Assembly (NCBI GenBank): GCA_002269645.1
Contig: NIVC01002757.1
Location: 62,001-126,000 of the forward strand
Reading direction: 5' to 3'
Length of the DNA stretch: 64,000 nt
DNA from: Macrostomum lignano
Taxonomy: Eukaryota
Shown here piece after piece: positions 43,007 to 55,415 of this stretch. Position numbers and translations under genes: made by a program. How positions within the stretch are numbered: the stretch's first letter is position 1; every line of letters starts with the position of its first letter. Under the pieces are notes generated by a model. The model made no database searches, was not told the origin of the DNA, and worked only from the letters and a program-made list of their open reading frames with translations.

Positions 43007-44065
43007 TCAAGGCAAAGCGCTGAAAAAGTTGTTAATCTGTTTCTCATTCATGCTGAAATTGGCGATAGCCACAGCAGAAACAACGCCTATTAAATGGGCA
43101 GTGTGTCCAGCATAGAAGCGACGGCCGATCGAAACAGCAAAACACGAAGGAGATCCGCCGAGAACTGCCGACCCAACTGCAGAGGGTACAATAAACCCTT
43201 TGTTATAAAATAGGGCAGATTCTGCAGTGTAAGAAACGGTAGCAGAAAACGCCACGTCCATCCAGGTGTTTTCATCTAAAGATAGCAGTCCGACTGCAGA
43301 TTTTACGTAGTAATAGTTCCTTGCATTAAAATAGAGTTGGCCTGCTTGACTGTATTCCCACAGATGAGGACCGAAAGTTATGCTGACAGGATCGGAGCAA
43401 GACACCGCCTCTATGAACGGCTGGACCCTTGGCTTTCTCTTCAGCCGCATCAGCCAAGTGAACCCGCCAGCAAAGGCGGCTCCAGAGAAGCGACTGTCGT
43501 TGAGCAGCGCATATGAGGACACCCCGTCGAACACGGCGCCCTCTTCGGTCCACTGCAGGTTCCCACTTTCCAGTCGATGGCTGCTGCCGCTGCTTCCCGG
43601 AGCATCGCCCTGGCACGCCAGGTTGCCAAATCGGTGTCCGCCTCCAGCCAGCCACAGACCCAGTAGTCGGTCGTGCACCGAGGTATCGCAGTTTGTCAAC
43701 GATTTGGTTCGAAACACATAACACTGCGCCGCTTCTTGCTTGCTGCTCAGCACCTGGTCAGTGCCAATTAGCTGGGCTTCAACTGACTGCAGGACGCGGC
43801 ACACGCGCTGGTAGTGGAAGAGCGAGCACGCACCTGTCTGCCTGTCCCACTGCAGGACGAGGTCGTCATCAGAATGGCCGGTGCTCGACGCTTTGAGCAT
43901 GCAGCTTTGCAGGTTTTGGGATTGCCACGAACTCAGAGAGGAGCTCTCGTTGATGCACAGCGGTGAGAAGTATTTGCACCACTGTTTAGCGCAGTCAACA
44001 GCCGATAGTAACGGCCATGCGCTAACTAGCAGCATGGCGAATCGAATTCTGGCTATTAGACACAT
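43007..44065 (-). CDS. Secreted protein with N-terminal PAN/apple-like segment and C-terminal ConA-like (LamG/pentraxin-type) domain
   Basis: ORF 43007-44149; likely start at Met 44065 or 44035 giving signal peptide MLLVSAWPLLSAVDC; QSCML..WDRQTGACSL; GAVFDGVSSYALL..GFTWLMRLK..WMDVAFS..SIGRR..LIGVVSAVAIANFSMNEKQI. Confidence 0.65.
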   Translation of the reverse strand: MCLIARIRFAMLLVSAWPLLSAVDCAKQWCKYFSPLCINESSSLSSWQSQNLQSCMLKASSTGHSDDDLVLQWDRQTGACSLFHYQRVCRVLQSVEAQLIGTDQVLSSKQEAAQCYVFRTKSLTNCDTSVHDRLLGLWLAGGGHRFGNLACQGDAPGSSGSSHRLESGNLQWTEEGAVFDGVSSYALLNDSRFSGAAFAGGFTWLMRLKRKPRVQPFIEAVSCSDPVSITFGPHLWEYSQAGQLYFNARNYYYVKSAVGLLSLDENTWMDVAFSATVSYTAESALFYNKGFIVPSAVGSAVLGGSPSCFAVSIGRRFYAGHTAHLIGVVSAVAIANFSMNEKQINNFFSALP

Positions 44066-44510
44066 TGTCGTCGAACTTGACAACCGTTCTATAGCTTTGA
44101 GATGTCGTATCATGCAAATTTTCTCTTTAATTTTTTTGCTGTTTTTCACGCTATTAAAGATAATTGGGAATCAGCGTGACTGACAAGCATTTTTTATTTG
44201 CAGATGCCAGCTGTGACAATTCCCAAGCCATTATCAAACTGAAAGCTCTTATGTGTTTCTGGCTTCTGAATTTTAATCAAAAGAAAAAGAGAAGAGAAGA
44301 GATGTCTTCAACAAGAGGCATGCTATTTGAATTCTCATGAATTGGCGTGAATTAAGCCAGCTGACAGGCTGTTTCGAAGCATATGCATATTGATGAAGCT
44401 TTTCTTTATCCATTCAAATATAATTTACCTTAGGAAATGCTTTCGTTCGTTCAAATTAAAAGCTAGATACAGTATAATGGTTTTACTTAGGAAATGTACA
44501 TTGTTTAGCG

Positions 44511-44605
44511 CAGGGGTCGGCACTCCGGCCCGCGAAGCCTCTCTATCCGGCCCTCGGGTTCTTTGAAACTTCAAAATAGCAATTCGGCCCGCTAAAGGTT
44601 TGTGG
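44511..44605 (+). mobile_element. hAT (Charlie/Buster-like) terminus remnant
   Basis: CAGGGGTCGGCA..CCGGCCCGCG..TCCGGCCC resembles hAT-type terminal and subterminal motifs; no intact partner end or TSD found. Confidence 0.35.
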
Positions 44606-44870
44606 CTCTCACACCTCTCTCTTCTCCTGTCCCCTCTCCCTTCCTCTCCCTCACTCTCTTCTCCCCCTCTACACTCTCCTTTCTCCTCTCTCTTTTCCCC
44701 TTCTCTCTTTTCCCCTCTCCGGTCTTTTCCTCTCTCCTCTCTCTCCCTCTTTTCCTTTCTCTTTTCTCCCTTTCCTCTCTCTTCCCCCTCTTCTCTCTTC
44801 CCTCCTCTCCCTCACTCTCTTCTCCCCCTTACCTTTCTTCTCTCTTCTGTATTCTCACTCTCTGATCTTC
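44605..44870. repeat. CT-rich low-complexity tract
   Basis: Almost pure pyrimidine on the + strand. Confidence 0.9.
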
Positions 44871-45588
44871 CTAGATTCTAGCATTGCTTTTAATTGCTTT
44901 ATGAATTGTAGCCTTAATGACTCATTGCTTAACCTATCTTGGCCTCACCTGATAATAGATACAGAAGTGTTAATAACGTCAGTGAATTAGATCAGGCCAA
45001 CGGCCAAGAGCAATTGCATTTTTTTAAAACAACAACACAGAACGAAAAATAAGATATATTTTGTAAACAATTAAATGCTTACAAGCAATAACACACATAA
45101 ACTGTAAATGAACACACATAAAAGCCACGAATAGGAAGACCTTAAACTTGGAAAATTTTAGAAATTATAAGAAGCCCAGTAAAACATCAACTGCTTTGTG
45201 GGTTAAGAAAAACATTAAACGAAATGTACGAAAATGCACCAAACGTCTAACAAAAAAACCCGCAAAATAAAAACAAAAACAAAAAAATGCGACTCGAATT
45301 GAGCCTTAAATGTGATAAAAACTGAGTAAACATGGGACATTTTGGACTGCAGGACAATTGGGTAACTGCGTTTAAGCACAAATGTAGTAAGTAGACTGGT
45401 GGAATTATTGAAATGACCAACACTTTAACCGAATTTTAGTGTTTTACTATTTTACGGGATCGTAAATTCTGGAGTCTAACTAAAAAGAAAACAAACAAAT
45501 TTCAGACTAATTAAGATATAAGCCTAAGCCAATGAAACGCTTGCTAAGTGACAAGTCAAATGAAGCATCATGGAAATGTTAAATCGTG

Positions 45589-47232
45589 CTAATTATAAGC
45601 CAACTTCAGAAGGACCAACCGGTTTCTATTAGAAGTGAAGGCCAACCACCTCGCGTTGTCTTTTTCAACCAGCTCCAGACGTTCAATATGGCCACAAAGT
45701 CCAGTCTCCTTGACAGGAAGCTCAAACGAGTCAACAAAAACATCATCGCCAGTTGAGATGACAATTTCATTGCCGGTCAATTTAACAATGAAGCCTTTGC
45801 TATCAATGGCCAGCCTCCTAACTCTCGCTGCCGCGTCAACGGGTTCGTCGTCATCGTCGGAGTCTTTGTCCGGCAGCGAACTGATGGCTTGGCCAGTGAT
45901 GCCGCAGATTTTCAGCACAGATTCAAGAACGCCCCAGTTAAACAGCAGCAATTTGCTGCCGACAAGAGCTAGATCGGTGAAGAAAATTCCTTTATCGTGA
46001 AGAGGCCACAAGTCAATCACTGACAGCAATTCAGAAGAGTCTTTGTCGATAGAAAAAACGCACTGCTTTGCCAAATCAAGGAAGCAAAGCTTGTCAGAAT
46101 TGCCCGCAATGGCGTCGAACGATCTACTGACGCCGTCAAAGCTGCTGCCACTGATCACTTTGACCAAACCGCCGCTAAGGTCAGTCACAGTTACAGTGCT
46201 GCGATGCGCCACAAACAACTGCTGACGGTTGCTGTCACAGTGCAGCCCAGTGACTTTACCTGACGTCGAGCTGAAATTGCACCCGACATTGAAAACTTTT
46301 TTATGCTCCGCTGAAAACGCCACAATGTTCAGCTTGTCGTCGTTTTGTCTTTCGAAAAATACGCACGGTGCGCCAAGAGGTTTAATGTTGCCGCGGCCAG
46401 TGCAATCAGCTGATCGCTTTACAAAACCGACCGAATTGACTACAAAGCCAGCTGTGTTGCTACAGGCTGCCAAGAACTTCGGCTCAGACTGAAGATTCAC
46501 CTGAAACACTTGATTGGATGAAACAGGCGTGATATCAAGATCATCGTTATCGTCACCGCTATCGTCCAAATCAAGCCAGCAGTCGGTCATCACGCTGGTC
46601 ATATGGTCGTCAATTGTAGACTGGAACTGTTGTACTCCAGCGGCCACGTCGCCAAACGACCTTAGCCGCATCTCGGCTCTAGGACCAGCGTCGATGTAGT
46701 CACGCTGAAACCCTCGAAGTTCGTTTCGCTTGTTATTAAAATCTTTGCATCGTTTAGAAGCGTCTACAAGCCAGGCGCTGTTTTTCTTGGATAGCTCCGC
46801 CAACTTTTTCATCTCCTGGGCGGCCAGGGCGAGCGAGGCCTCCTTCTCGCGTGACTCAGCTTCGTCAGCGTCTGTCAGCCTCTCTGCCACCGATTGGTGC
46901 ACCAACTGCAGTCGGTCCACCGTTTTCTGGCGCCACTGCTGCAATTTTTCCTGTACAGCGTTGAACATTTCGTTGACTTCCTGCACCTCGACGGTAAGAG
47001 CCTGCAGTTCCTTCGTCATCTTTGCTCGTTGTTTTGCTACGGGAACTAGCTGTCTCATTTTCCACGATACATCAGCTGCTTGCTTGCGCACTGTCTCGGA
47101 CTCCTTATCCAGGTGCTCCTGGCAAAGAACTTTATTGTTACCGAGTAAGCCAACTTCTACTGATGGATTGTCGCAAGATTTGACGCTGCAAGTTTCGCGT
47201 AGTTTTTTTATTGCTTCTCCACGGCGTGGCAT
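45589..47232 (-). CDS. TRIM-like protein: degenerate B-box, coiled coil, C-terminal beta-propeller-like region, 547 aa, single exon
   Basis: CSVKSC..VLCQEH, about 170 aa helical E/K/Q-rich region, acidic linker, then repeats such as VTGLHCDSNRQQLFVAHRSTVTVTDLSGGLVKVI and DAIAGNSDKLCFLDLAKQCVFSID (NHL-like). No RING seen. Confidence 0.7.
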   Translation of the reverse strand: MPRRGEAIKKLRETCSVKSCDNPSVEVGLLGNNKVLCQEHLDKESETVRKQAADVSWKMRQLVPVAKQRAKMTKELQALTVEVQEVNEMFNAVQEKLQQWRQKTVDRLQLVHQSVAERLTDADEAESREKEASLALAAQEMKKLAELSKKNSAWLVDASKRCKDFNNKRNELRGFQRDYIDAGPRAEMRLRSFGDVAAGVQQFQSTIDDHMTSVMTDCWLDLDDSGDDNDDLDITPVSSNQVFQVNLQSEPKFLAACSNTAGFVVNSVGFVKRSADCTGRGNIKPLGAPCVFFERQNDDKLNIVAFSAEHKKVFNVGCNFSSTSGKVTGLHCDSNRQQLFVAHRSTVTVTDLSGGLVKVISGSSFDGVSRSFDAIAGNSDKLCFLDLAKQCVFSIDKDSSELLSVIDLWPLHDKGIFFTDLALVGSKLLLFNWGVLESVLKICGITGQAISSLPDKDSDDDDEPVDAAARVRRLAIDSKGFIVKLTGNEIVISTGDDVFVDSFELPVKETGLCGHIERLELVEKDNARWLAFTSNRNRLVLLKLAYN

Positions 47233-48997
47233 AGTAGTGAAGTGTAGTTTGGCTGAAAATTAGATTTCAAAAATGAGAACCTGTGTTTCGTCAAATTGAT
47301 AATAGGGTATAACTTGGCTGTTACGGTTGCTTATGTATTAAGAAATGCTTGAGTGGCCTAAAGTGACTTGGACTTATAGTAAGCGTCATTTAAATGTACA
47401 TAGTATCTACTATTTGAGACTGTAATTTATAAAATTGATAAGATTGTACTTTTACGACTAGTGCGAGCGACAAGCTCTCATCTCATTCCCCGCCTCTCCT
47501 CTCTTCTCTCATCTTTCGTCTTCTATTCCCTTTCCTTTCCACTCTCATCTGGTCAGCAGACAAGAGCTGAATTACCTTTCTGGCCCCTGAGGCACCCTTA
47601 TAGCGCTGCAGCATTCCCAGCCGGTTCTCATTCTTAACTATATCATCGGTAGTAATACTTAGTAATTAATACCGTTAACTATGGAATTTTATAGGCTTTT
47701 AATAATTTCGATATCTTAGATATCTGGGACTTCCAACCTCTAAATCCTACTAAACACACTGTATTCAGAAATTAATTAACGTCAAGTCTCACAAATAAAT
47801 TTGAGATTTATTAAAGCAATAGTTTTAAAGCAAAGCCAGACGCGTTGCTCTGCAAAATAAATTGTTAAATCTATTTTCTTTGAAACACACCAGGTAGGTC
47901 TGTCCAGGTAATAACTGACTTAGGTAACATTATATAGACTTTGAAGCTCAGATTCACAGACTGACAGAATAAAGCGAAAGCAAAGCTGTAGCCAACGCAG
48001 ACTCTTGCGGTACAATTCGGAAAAAGACGATCTATAAACTTTTGATATTACTACTTTAATAATAAAGTAAGTAGTGCAGTGTGAGTGTTGCGGAAAATAC
48101 CAACTATAGCTGACGTATTGCAAAAAGTGGCAGAAACATTAATAATAATAATAATAATAACAATTTTATTAATACAAATGAGTGAGACTTGGGTTAGAGA
48201 GATAAGCAAAATGCTATATCAATATACATAACCTTTGAGTATTCAATCCCATCGCGCTAATTGAAGTACTTTATATTAAAGTAACACTTATTTTTGAAAA
48301 AAAATACAAAAATATTTAAAGCCTAATTGCAAAATTCATTCGATACCCTTGCAATTGCGAAATTGCAAAGGTACTCGTATCGAGCTATTTCAACTATTCA
48401 ATAGTTGAAAGTGGAAAATATGAAAAATAATAGATTCTTTTTTCTAAGTGCAATTGCAACTTAAATTAAAGAAAAAAGGTCACCACATTTATTAACAACA
48501 TTAAAGCGACTAGCATTATGAAAGTACAAAAATTATGATAACAGGATAATTAATACTTTATTCTGTAGGCATAAAATAAAAAGTTGTCTCTTCACTTCAA
48601 GCAAAAAATTGATTGCAGCTTGAATAAGTTTTTTATTGAGGTATAACAGTCGAATTCCGATGACATGAATATAATGATTATCAAGACAAAGAGATTGTTA
48701 GTTTATTTTGGCCAAATTCATATTGTCAATTTATGGACTATCGGAAAATAGAAAATAGCTGTATGCTTATTAATATATAAAATTATCTATATTTATTCTT
48801 TTAAATGAGTAAGGAACACCTCGACCTGCTAAACTTAACTTGAGAAACAAAATAAGTAAATAAATATATTGCAAAGAATGACTAATGGCATATTTTAATA
48901 GTGTGTTTTAGATTTACTCAGTAGTTAAGTTTAAGTTAAGTTTAAAAGGGGTACAATATGCTTCTGGCTAACTAGAGCGCTTTAACCATAACCTTAT

Positions 48998-49207
48998 GTA
49001 CGGCTGTTCAGTCCAAGGACTGGGGGGTCGCCACACACCCTCAATTACCCCAGCTAATGCTGGCACCCATTTTACAGCTGGGTGAACTGAAGCAATGCAG
49101 AGTTAAGTATCTTGTGCTCAAGGATACAAATTGGTCCAGTGGGATCGGGAATCGAACTCCCAACCTTCAAGTTGTGAGTCCGACGCTCTGACTACTAGGC
49201 TACAACC
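48998..49207 (-). mobile_element. tRNA-derived SINE, second copy
   Basis: Reverse-complement homolog of 4072-4287 with the same A/B boxes and core. Confidence 0.75.
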
Positions 49208-49397
49208 CGCACGCTCACACAGGGTGTACACAGGCAAGAGTCAGAGATGCGCCCAACCCTGCGATGTAGATATGCAAAATGAAACAAAAACATTGATTGG
49301 AAACAAGCGATTTATAGTATAAAAAATGAAGGACGAGAACAAGAATCGAACAGAGTTTTATCGACAGTCTAACTGTTAAACAAACCAAAAAAGCTGC

Positions 49398-52300
49398 TCA
49401 ATGATCGTCATTAAGCATCTGCTTCATCAGCAACTGCTGGTCCTGGTAACAGCGAGAACACAGGAAATTGGTCTCCTCTCGAGCGAACATGTCGCAGTTC
49501 GGGCCGACACACTGCATCAGAGCCGAACGGCGCATTTGTTGGTCGATAATTTCGGCAGACCGGCGCTTCTGTAATTCGTCTAATTGTGAGAACCGAGCCA
49601 TAGCCGAGGTCAGGTAGCTGCTAACTGCGTCAGTGAAATGTGGCGGTCGATTAGTAACGCCCAGGTGGGCGCATAGCAACCCGGTTGAGGCGCTATCCAG
49701 TAGCGCCTGGTCCGCCACCGAGGAGGCATCAGCTGGTGAAGTTGGCGTTGCAACCGACGGCCATTTACTAGATTTACCTGTTCGCCTAATTGGTAGACGC
49801 TGCTGCATGGCTTTGAGCAGTTGATGGCCAAGAGATCGGCTCGGGTTCTGTTGGCCCTGCGACTGGGAAACAAGGACGGGAGGGGTAGGTGTTAGTACGA
49901 TAAACTAGTACTAGTATAACATGATCCACTACGTTACACTGTTACACTACATGTTACAGTAGATGTTACACTATACTTTACAGTAGCTCTTACACTATAT
50001 GTTACAGTAGCTGTTACACTATATGTTACAGTAGCTGTTGCACTGTATGTTACAGTAGCTGTTACACTATATGTTACAGTAGCTGTTGCACTGTATGTTA
50101 CAGTAGCTGTTACACTATATGTTACAGTAGCTGTTACACTGTATGTTACAGTAGCTGTTACACTGTATGTTACAGTAGCTGTTACACTGTATGTTACAGT
50201 AGCTGTTACACTACATGTTACAGTAGCTGTTACACTACATGTTACAGTAGCTGTTACACTATATGTTACAGTAGCTGTTACACTACATGTTACAGTAGCT
50301 GTTACACTACATGTTACAGTAGCTGTTACACTACATGTTACAGTAGCTGTTACACTACATGTTACAGTAGCTGTTACACTATATGTTACAGTAGCTGTTA
50401 CACTACATGTTACAGCAGCTGTTACAGCATCTGTTACACTATATGTTACAGTAGCTGTTACACTACATGTTACAGTAGCTGTTACACTACATGTTACAGT
50501 AGCTGTTACACTACATGTTACAGTAGATGTTACACTACATGTTACAGTAGCTGTTACACTACATGTTACAGTAGCTGTTACACTATATGTTACAGTAGCT
50601 GTTACACTACATGTTACAGTAGCTGTTACACTACATGTTACAGTAGCTGTTACACTACATGTTACAGCATCTGTTACACTACATGTTACAGCATCTGTTA
50701 CACTACATGTTACAGCATCTGTTACACTACATGTTACAGCATCTGTTACACTACATGTTACAGCATCTGTTACACTACATGTTACAGCATCTGTTACACT
50801 ATACTTTACAGTAGCTGTTACACTACATGTTACAGCATCTGTTACACTACATGTTACAGCATCTGTTACACAACATGTTACAGCAGCTCACCATGCCCCC
50901 TGGATACAATCCATCAACACCGCCGCGCATTCTACGACAGTCGAGAGTAGCAGATCTCTGCTGCAACTGCGAATGCAACTGTTGTTGCTGCTGCTGCTGT
51001 TGATACTCAACAAAGCCGCTATCGTCTGCTGAAACAGCACCGACTGTTGCCATAGACAACTGCGCCGCATTGCCAACTGAACTACCCGAACGAGTTAGTC
51101 CAACTACTACTGGGCGTTGAGTAACAGCAGCAACGGCAGCCTGAGCGACAGCCGCCGGAAGCGGCTGCGGCGGAGCCACAGGCAATCTCAGAGTTGAGCA
51201 TCTCAGATAAGAAGCCAGCAGTTTAGCTCGAAGCCTGCCGCCCATTTCTGTATCGGGCGTCGCCACTGGAGCGTCGTTAACAACAGCCGCAGCGGCAGAT
51301 TTCGACGACCATTTCCAGTGCGGCCCGGGATCGGCACTAAAGTGCAGAGGCAGCGGGGTGTGCAGATCGCAGCAGCACAATGGAACAGCGTAGGGCAAGT
51401 TTACAGCAGTTTCCATGGGAACCAATGCGGAGAAATGAGCTGCATCGTAGGCTAGCAATACCGGATGCTTAGAACAATGCTCTGGTTTCTCTAACAGCGG
51501 CAGATAGATTCCGGCAAACGGTATTGGAGCTAAATTGTCACCTTCGGAGTCTTTGACAAACTGATCGGCTATCACTATGATGGGCCGGCGGAATACATTG
51601 GCGGCTACGAATACGTGGATTTCTTCTAGAGAATCCAGCTGATGCTGATGCTGCTGACCGATCTGCTGCTGTTGTTGCTGCTTAGGCTGGGCGCTAGCCA
51701 GTTGTAGCAACGATTTCCATTCCGATTGCCATTCCGACTCGCTTAATCTCAGGCCCGTGGCTCGGTACAGCTCCCGGGCTGTCTGCCATCTCCAGCGCCT
51801 GTACACAGCTGCACTATGAGACAGCAAATATTCGTGCAACGCGCTTCGGAATACCAATTGACGATCGTGGAAGCCTAGACTGCTCAGACTGATAGCATGT
51901 AGAAGGCAGTTGCCATCGCCGCTCGTTTGCAGAGGCCACAATCGTTGGGACAGGCCAAGGTCGTGCCTAGGTATTAGTGTGAGGACTTACGCGTCAGCTG
52001 CTTGTACTCTAAGCATATTAAATCTCTAGTCTACCTTCAGGAAACTGGTAACAATGTCAGGCTACATCCCTAGTTTACATTCAGGAAACTGGTAACAATG
52101 TCAGGCTACATCCCTAGTTTACCATTAGGAAACTGGTAACAATGTCAGGCTACATCCCTAGTTTACCATTAGGAAACTGGTAACAATGTCAGGCTATATC
52201 CCTAGTTTACCATTAGGAAACTGGTAACAATGTCAGGCTATATCCCTAGTTTACCATTAGGAAACTGGTAACAATGTCAGGCTACATCCCTAGTTTACCA

Positions 52301-54428
52301 TTAGGAAACTGGTAACAATGTCAGGCTACATCCCTAGTTTACCATTAGGAAACTGGTAACAATGTCAGGCTACATCCCTAGTTTACCATTAGGAAACTGG
52401 TAACAATGTCAGGCTACATCCCTAGTTTACCATTAGGAAACTGGTAACAATGTCAGGCTATATCCCTAGTTTACCATTAGGAAACTGGTAACAATGTCAG
52501 GCTATATCCCTAGTTTACCATTAGGAAACTGGTAACAATGTCAGGCTACATCCCTAGTTTACCATTAGGAAACTGGTAACAATGTCAGGCTACATCCCTA
52601 GTTTACCATTAGGAAACTGGTAACAATGTCAGGCTACATCCCTAGTTTACCATTAGGAAACTGGTAACAATGTCAGGCTACATCCCTAGTTTACCATTAG
52701 GAAACTGGTAACAATGTCAGGCTATATCCCTAGTTTACCATTAGGAAACTGGTAACAATGTCAGGCTATATCCCTAGTTTACCATTAGGAAACTGGTAAC
52801 AATGTCAGGCTACATCCCTAGTTTACCATTAGGAAACTGGTAACAATGTCAGGCTACATCCCTAGTTTACCATTAGGAAACTGGTAACAATGTCAGGCTA
52901 CATCCCTAGTTTACCCTCAGGAAACTGGTAACAATGTCAGGCTACATCCCTAGTTTACCATTAGGAAACTGGTAACAATGTCAGGCTACATCCCTAGTTT
53001 ACCATTAGGAAACTGGTAACAATGTCAGGCTACATCCCTAGTTTACCATTAGGAAACTGGTAACAATGTCAGGCTACATCCCTAGTTTACCATTAGGAAA
53101 CTGGTAACAATGTCAGGCTACATCCCTAGTTTACCATTAGGAAACTGGTAACAATGTCAGGCTACATCCCTAGTTTACCATTAGGAAACTGGTAACAATG
53201 TCAGACTACATCCCTAGTTTACCATTAGGAAACTGGTAACAATGTCAGGCTATATCCCTAGTTTACCATCAGGAAACTGGTAACAATGTCAGGCTACATC
53301 CCTAGGTAGTTTACCCTCAGGAAACTGGTAACAATGTCAGGCTACATCCCTAGTTTACCATTAGGAAACTGGTAACAATGTCAGACTACATCCCTAGTTT
53401 ACCATTAGGAAACTGGTAACAATGTCAGGCTATATCCCTAGTTTACCATCAGGAAACTGGTAACAATGTCAGGCTACATCCCTAGTTTACCATTAGGAAA
53501 CTGGTAACAATGTCAGACTACATCCCTAGTTTACCATTAGGAAACTGGTAACAATGTCAGGCTATATCCCTAGTTTACCATCAGGAAACTGGTAACAATG
53601 TCAGGCTACATCCCTAGGTAGTTTACCCTCAGGAAACTGGTAACAATGTCAGGCTACATCCCTAGTTTACCCTCAGGAAACTGGTAACAATGTCAGGCTA
53701 CATCTCTAGTTTACCCTCAGGAAACTGGTAACAATGTCAGGCTACATCCCTAGTTTACCCTCAGGAAACTGGTAACAATGTCAGGCTACCCCTTACTACT
53801 AACCAATGGTAGACAAAATTAACCCAAAGTAACCTTACCACCAATTCAAACAACCAGCCTGCTCCAAGTTAACCAGAGTCCCCGTATCCAACAGTTCCTT
53901 CTCCAAAAAGGCTCGAAATTCCAACGGATAGGTTGACAAGTCAGGCAATATGAAGGAATAACTACCATTGGCGCCGCAAGCACTACCATTTCGTGACAGG
54001 CTGCGACCATTGCCAGAATTAGAGCAACCGCTACCAGCTGTACCGCCACATGCGCCATTGTTGTTTATCCTCCTACCCGGCACATTTTCCGCTTGCACAA
54101 CAGCCCTATTCGATGCCAACACTTCGTCAAATGCGCACGAGAAGCCGCGTTGGGTGCGAGATTCTACGCCCGAAGAGGCTGAGGAAGAATTTATAGCGGC
54201 ACAACGCGCCGACACCATTCTGGATGCCTCGCCTACAGCAGCTGGCATGCTTGGTGACTGCTGCATCTGTTGCTGCTGGGCCGGCGAGTCTTCGCTACTA
54301 AAAGCGCTGCTGCATGCGCTACTACTGCTACTACTGCTAGTAGCGGTGCTACTATTACTTCCGATTAAATTGGCATTGGTTTTGACAGTTAATGGCTCCG
54401 GTTTGCTATCTAAATGTACAGTGTTCAT
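49398..54428 (-). CDS. OTUD7B: OTUD7/Cezanne-type OTU deubiquitinase with C-terminal A20 zinc finger, 709 aa, 3 exons
   Basis: Exons 54428-53839, 51966-50892, 49862-49398, phases match, 2130 nt. LEQAGCLNWW, TSGDGNCLLHA, GFHDRQL, RRWRWQ, EWQSEW, SLEEIHVFV, APIPFAGIYLPL, LAYDAAHFSALV; A20 finger CVGPNCDMFAREETNFLCSRC. OTUD7A vs 7B is not distinguishable and additional 5' exons are possible. Confidence 0.9.
49935..50880. repeat. 24-bp minisatellite (two related 12-mers) in OTUD7 intron 2
   Basis: GTTACACTACAT-GTTACAGTAGCT, changing to GTTACAGCATCT near 50660-50880. Confidence 0.95.
52039..53790. repeat. 44-bp minisatellite (about 40 copies) in OTUD7 intron 1
   Basis: AGGAAACTGGTAACAATGTCAGGCTACATCCCTAGTTTACCATT head-to-tail. 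Confidence 0.97.
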
Positions 54429-55013
54429 TGCTGCATCAAAATAAGATTGTTCATGTCATGAATTGAATTTATTGATTTGGAGTTTGGTAGTGTATTTGGT
54501 TATAAAATTGTACAATTTACAGTTTTTTTCCTAGAGCTCCACACTTATTCAAAATCATTGAAGTTTATCATTTTAGTTGGGAATCAGTTTCATTTTTACT
54601 TAGCTAGTGATATTTGGGATAGATAAATCCCTCTACATAGCTCTTTTATCTGAATTCATTCTACAACATGGCTCTAGCACTATTTGACTCTTTTTCATCT
54701 GTCTTACCAATATTTAGATTATCTTTACCTTCTTATTAGCCAAAAATTTAAACTAGCATAAGATAGAAAATAAAATCAAAGACACTGAAAGTTTAATTAG
54801 AAAATATTTAAAATATATTATTTGATATTTTCGAAATTAATATTGTGCAAAATGAGTTAAACACAGTATACTTCTAGAAGTAGTGCAATTGATGTGTTCT
54901 ACATCAAAATTTCAAGGGAATTTTTAGTTTGATAGCACTATATAGCTATTAAATAGCCACTGCTGCAACAGTTAAGCATGGCATATTCAAGGATAGTTAT
55001 TTAAGGTATTTTA

Positions 55014-55415
55014 GTGAATGGAACAAGCTGTACTTTTTGTAAAGACTTTTGTAAAGAGCATCTTCCAGAAGTTTTTGAAGCATTTGCAACTGAGTTTCCT
55101 GGCGGTAGCGAATTTACATCGCTGCTATCTCGTGGCAAGCTCCGGCACCCGCCAGAGTGGCTTTTAGTTTTCTCCAGCCTGTGCTATGCTTTTTTCTCCT
55201 CTGTCAAGATCCACTGCGTCAACTATTGTGTCCGATCTTTTATTAACGTTTTTGAAGCTTTCATGGATGTAACTGTTTCAGATCCAGCTCAGGTTAGCCG
55301 CATTTCCAGGAGGTTAGCTAACACATTTTTTAAAGGACTCGTGCGTCGTGATTCGGACCATGTACGAGAGACGCCCGGCAGTGGACGGCGTCTGCGAAAG
55401 TTAGCATCAAGTTAG
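55014..55415 (+). pseudogene. C-terminal fragment of a P-element/THAP9-like transposase
   Basis: CTFC..FTSLLSRGKLRHPPEW..RRLANTFFKGLVRR..RRLRKLASS*, the style of P-superfamily transposase C-termini; no upstream catalytic part seen. Confidence 0.5.

Noticed and set aside
38344-53790. 31-bp (38344-38526) and 44-bp (52039-53790) repeats as CRISPR arrays
   Set aside because: Head-to-tail units with no unique spacers, no cas genes, eukaryotic context.
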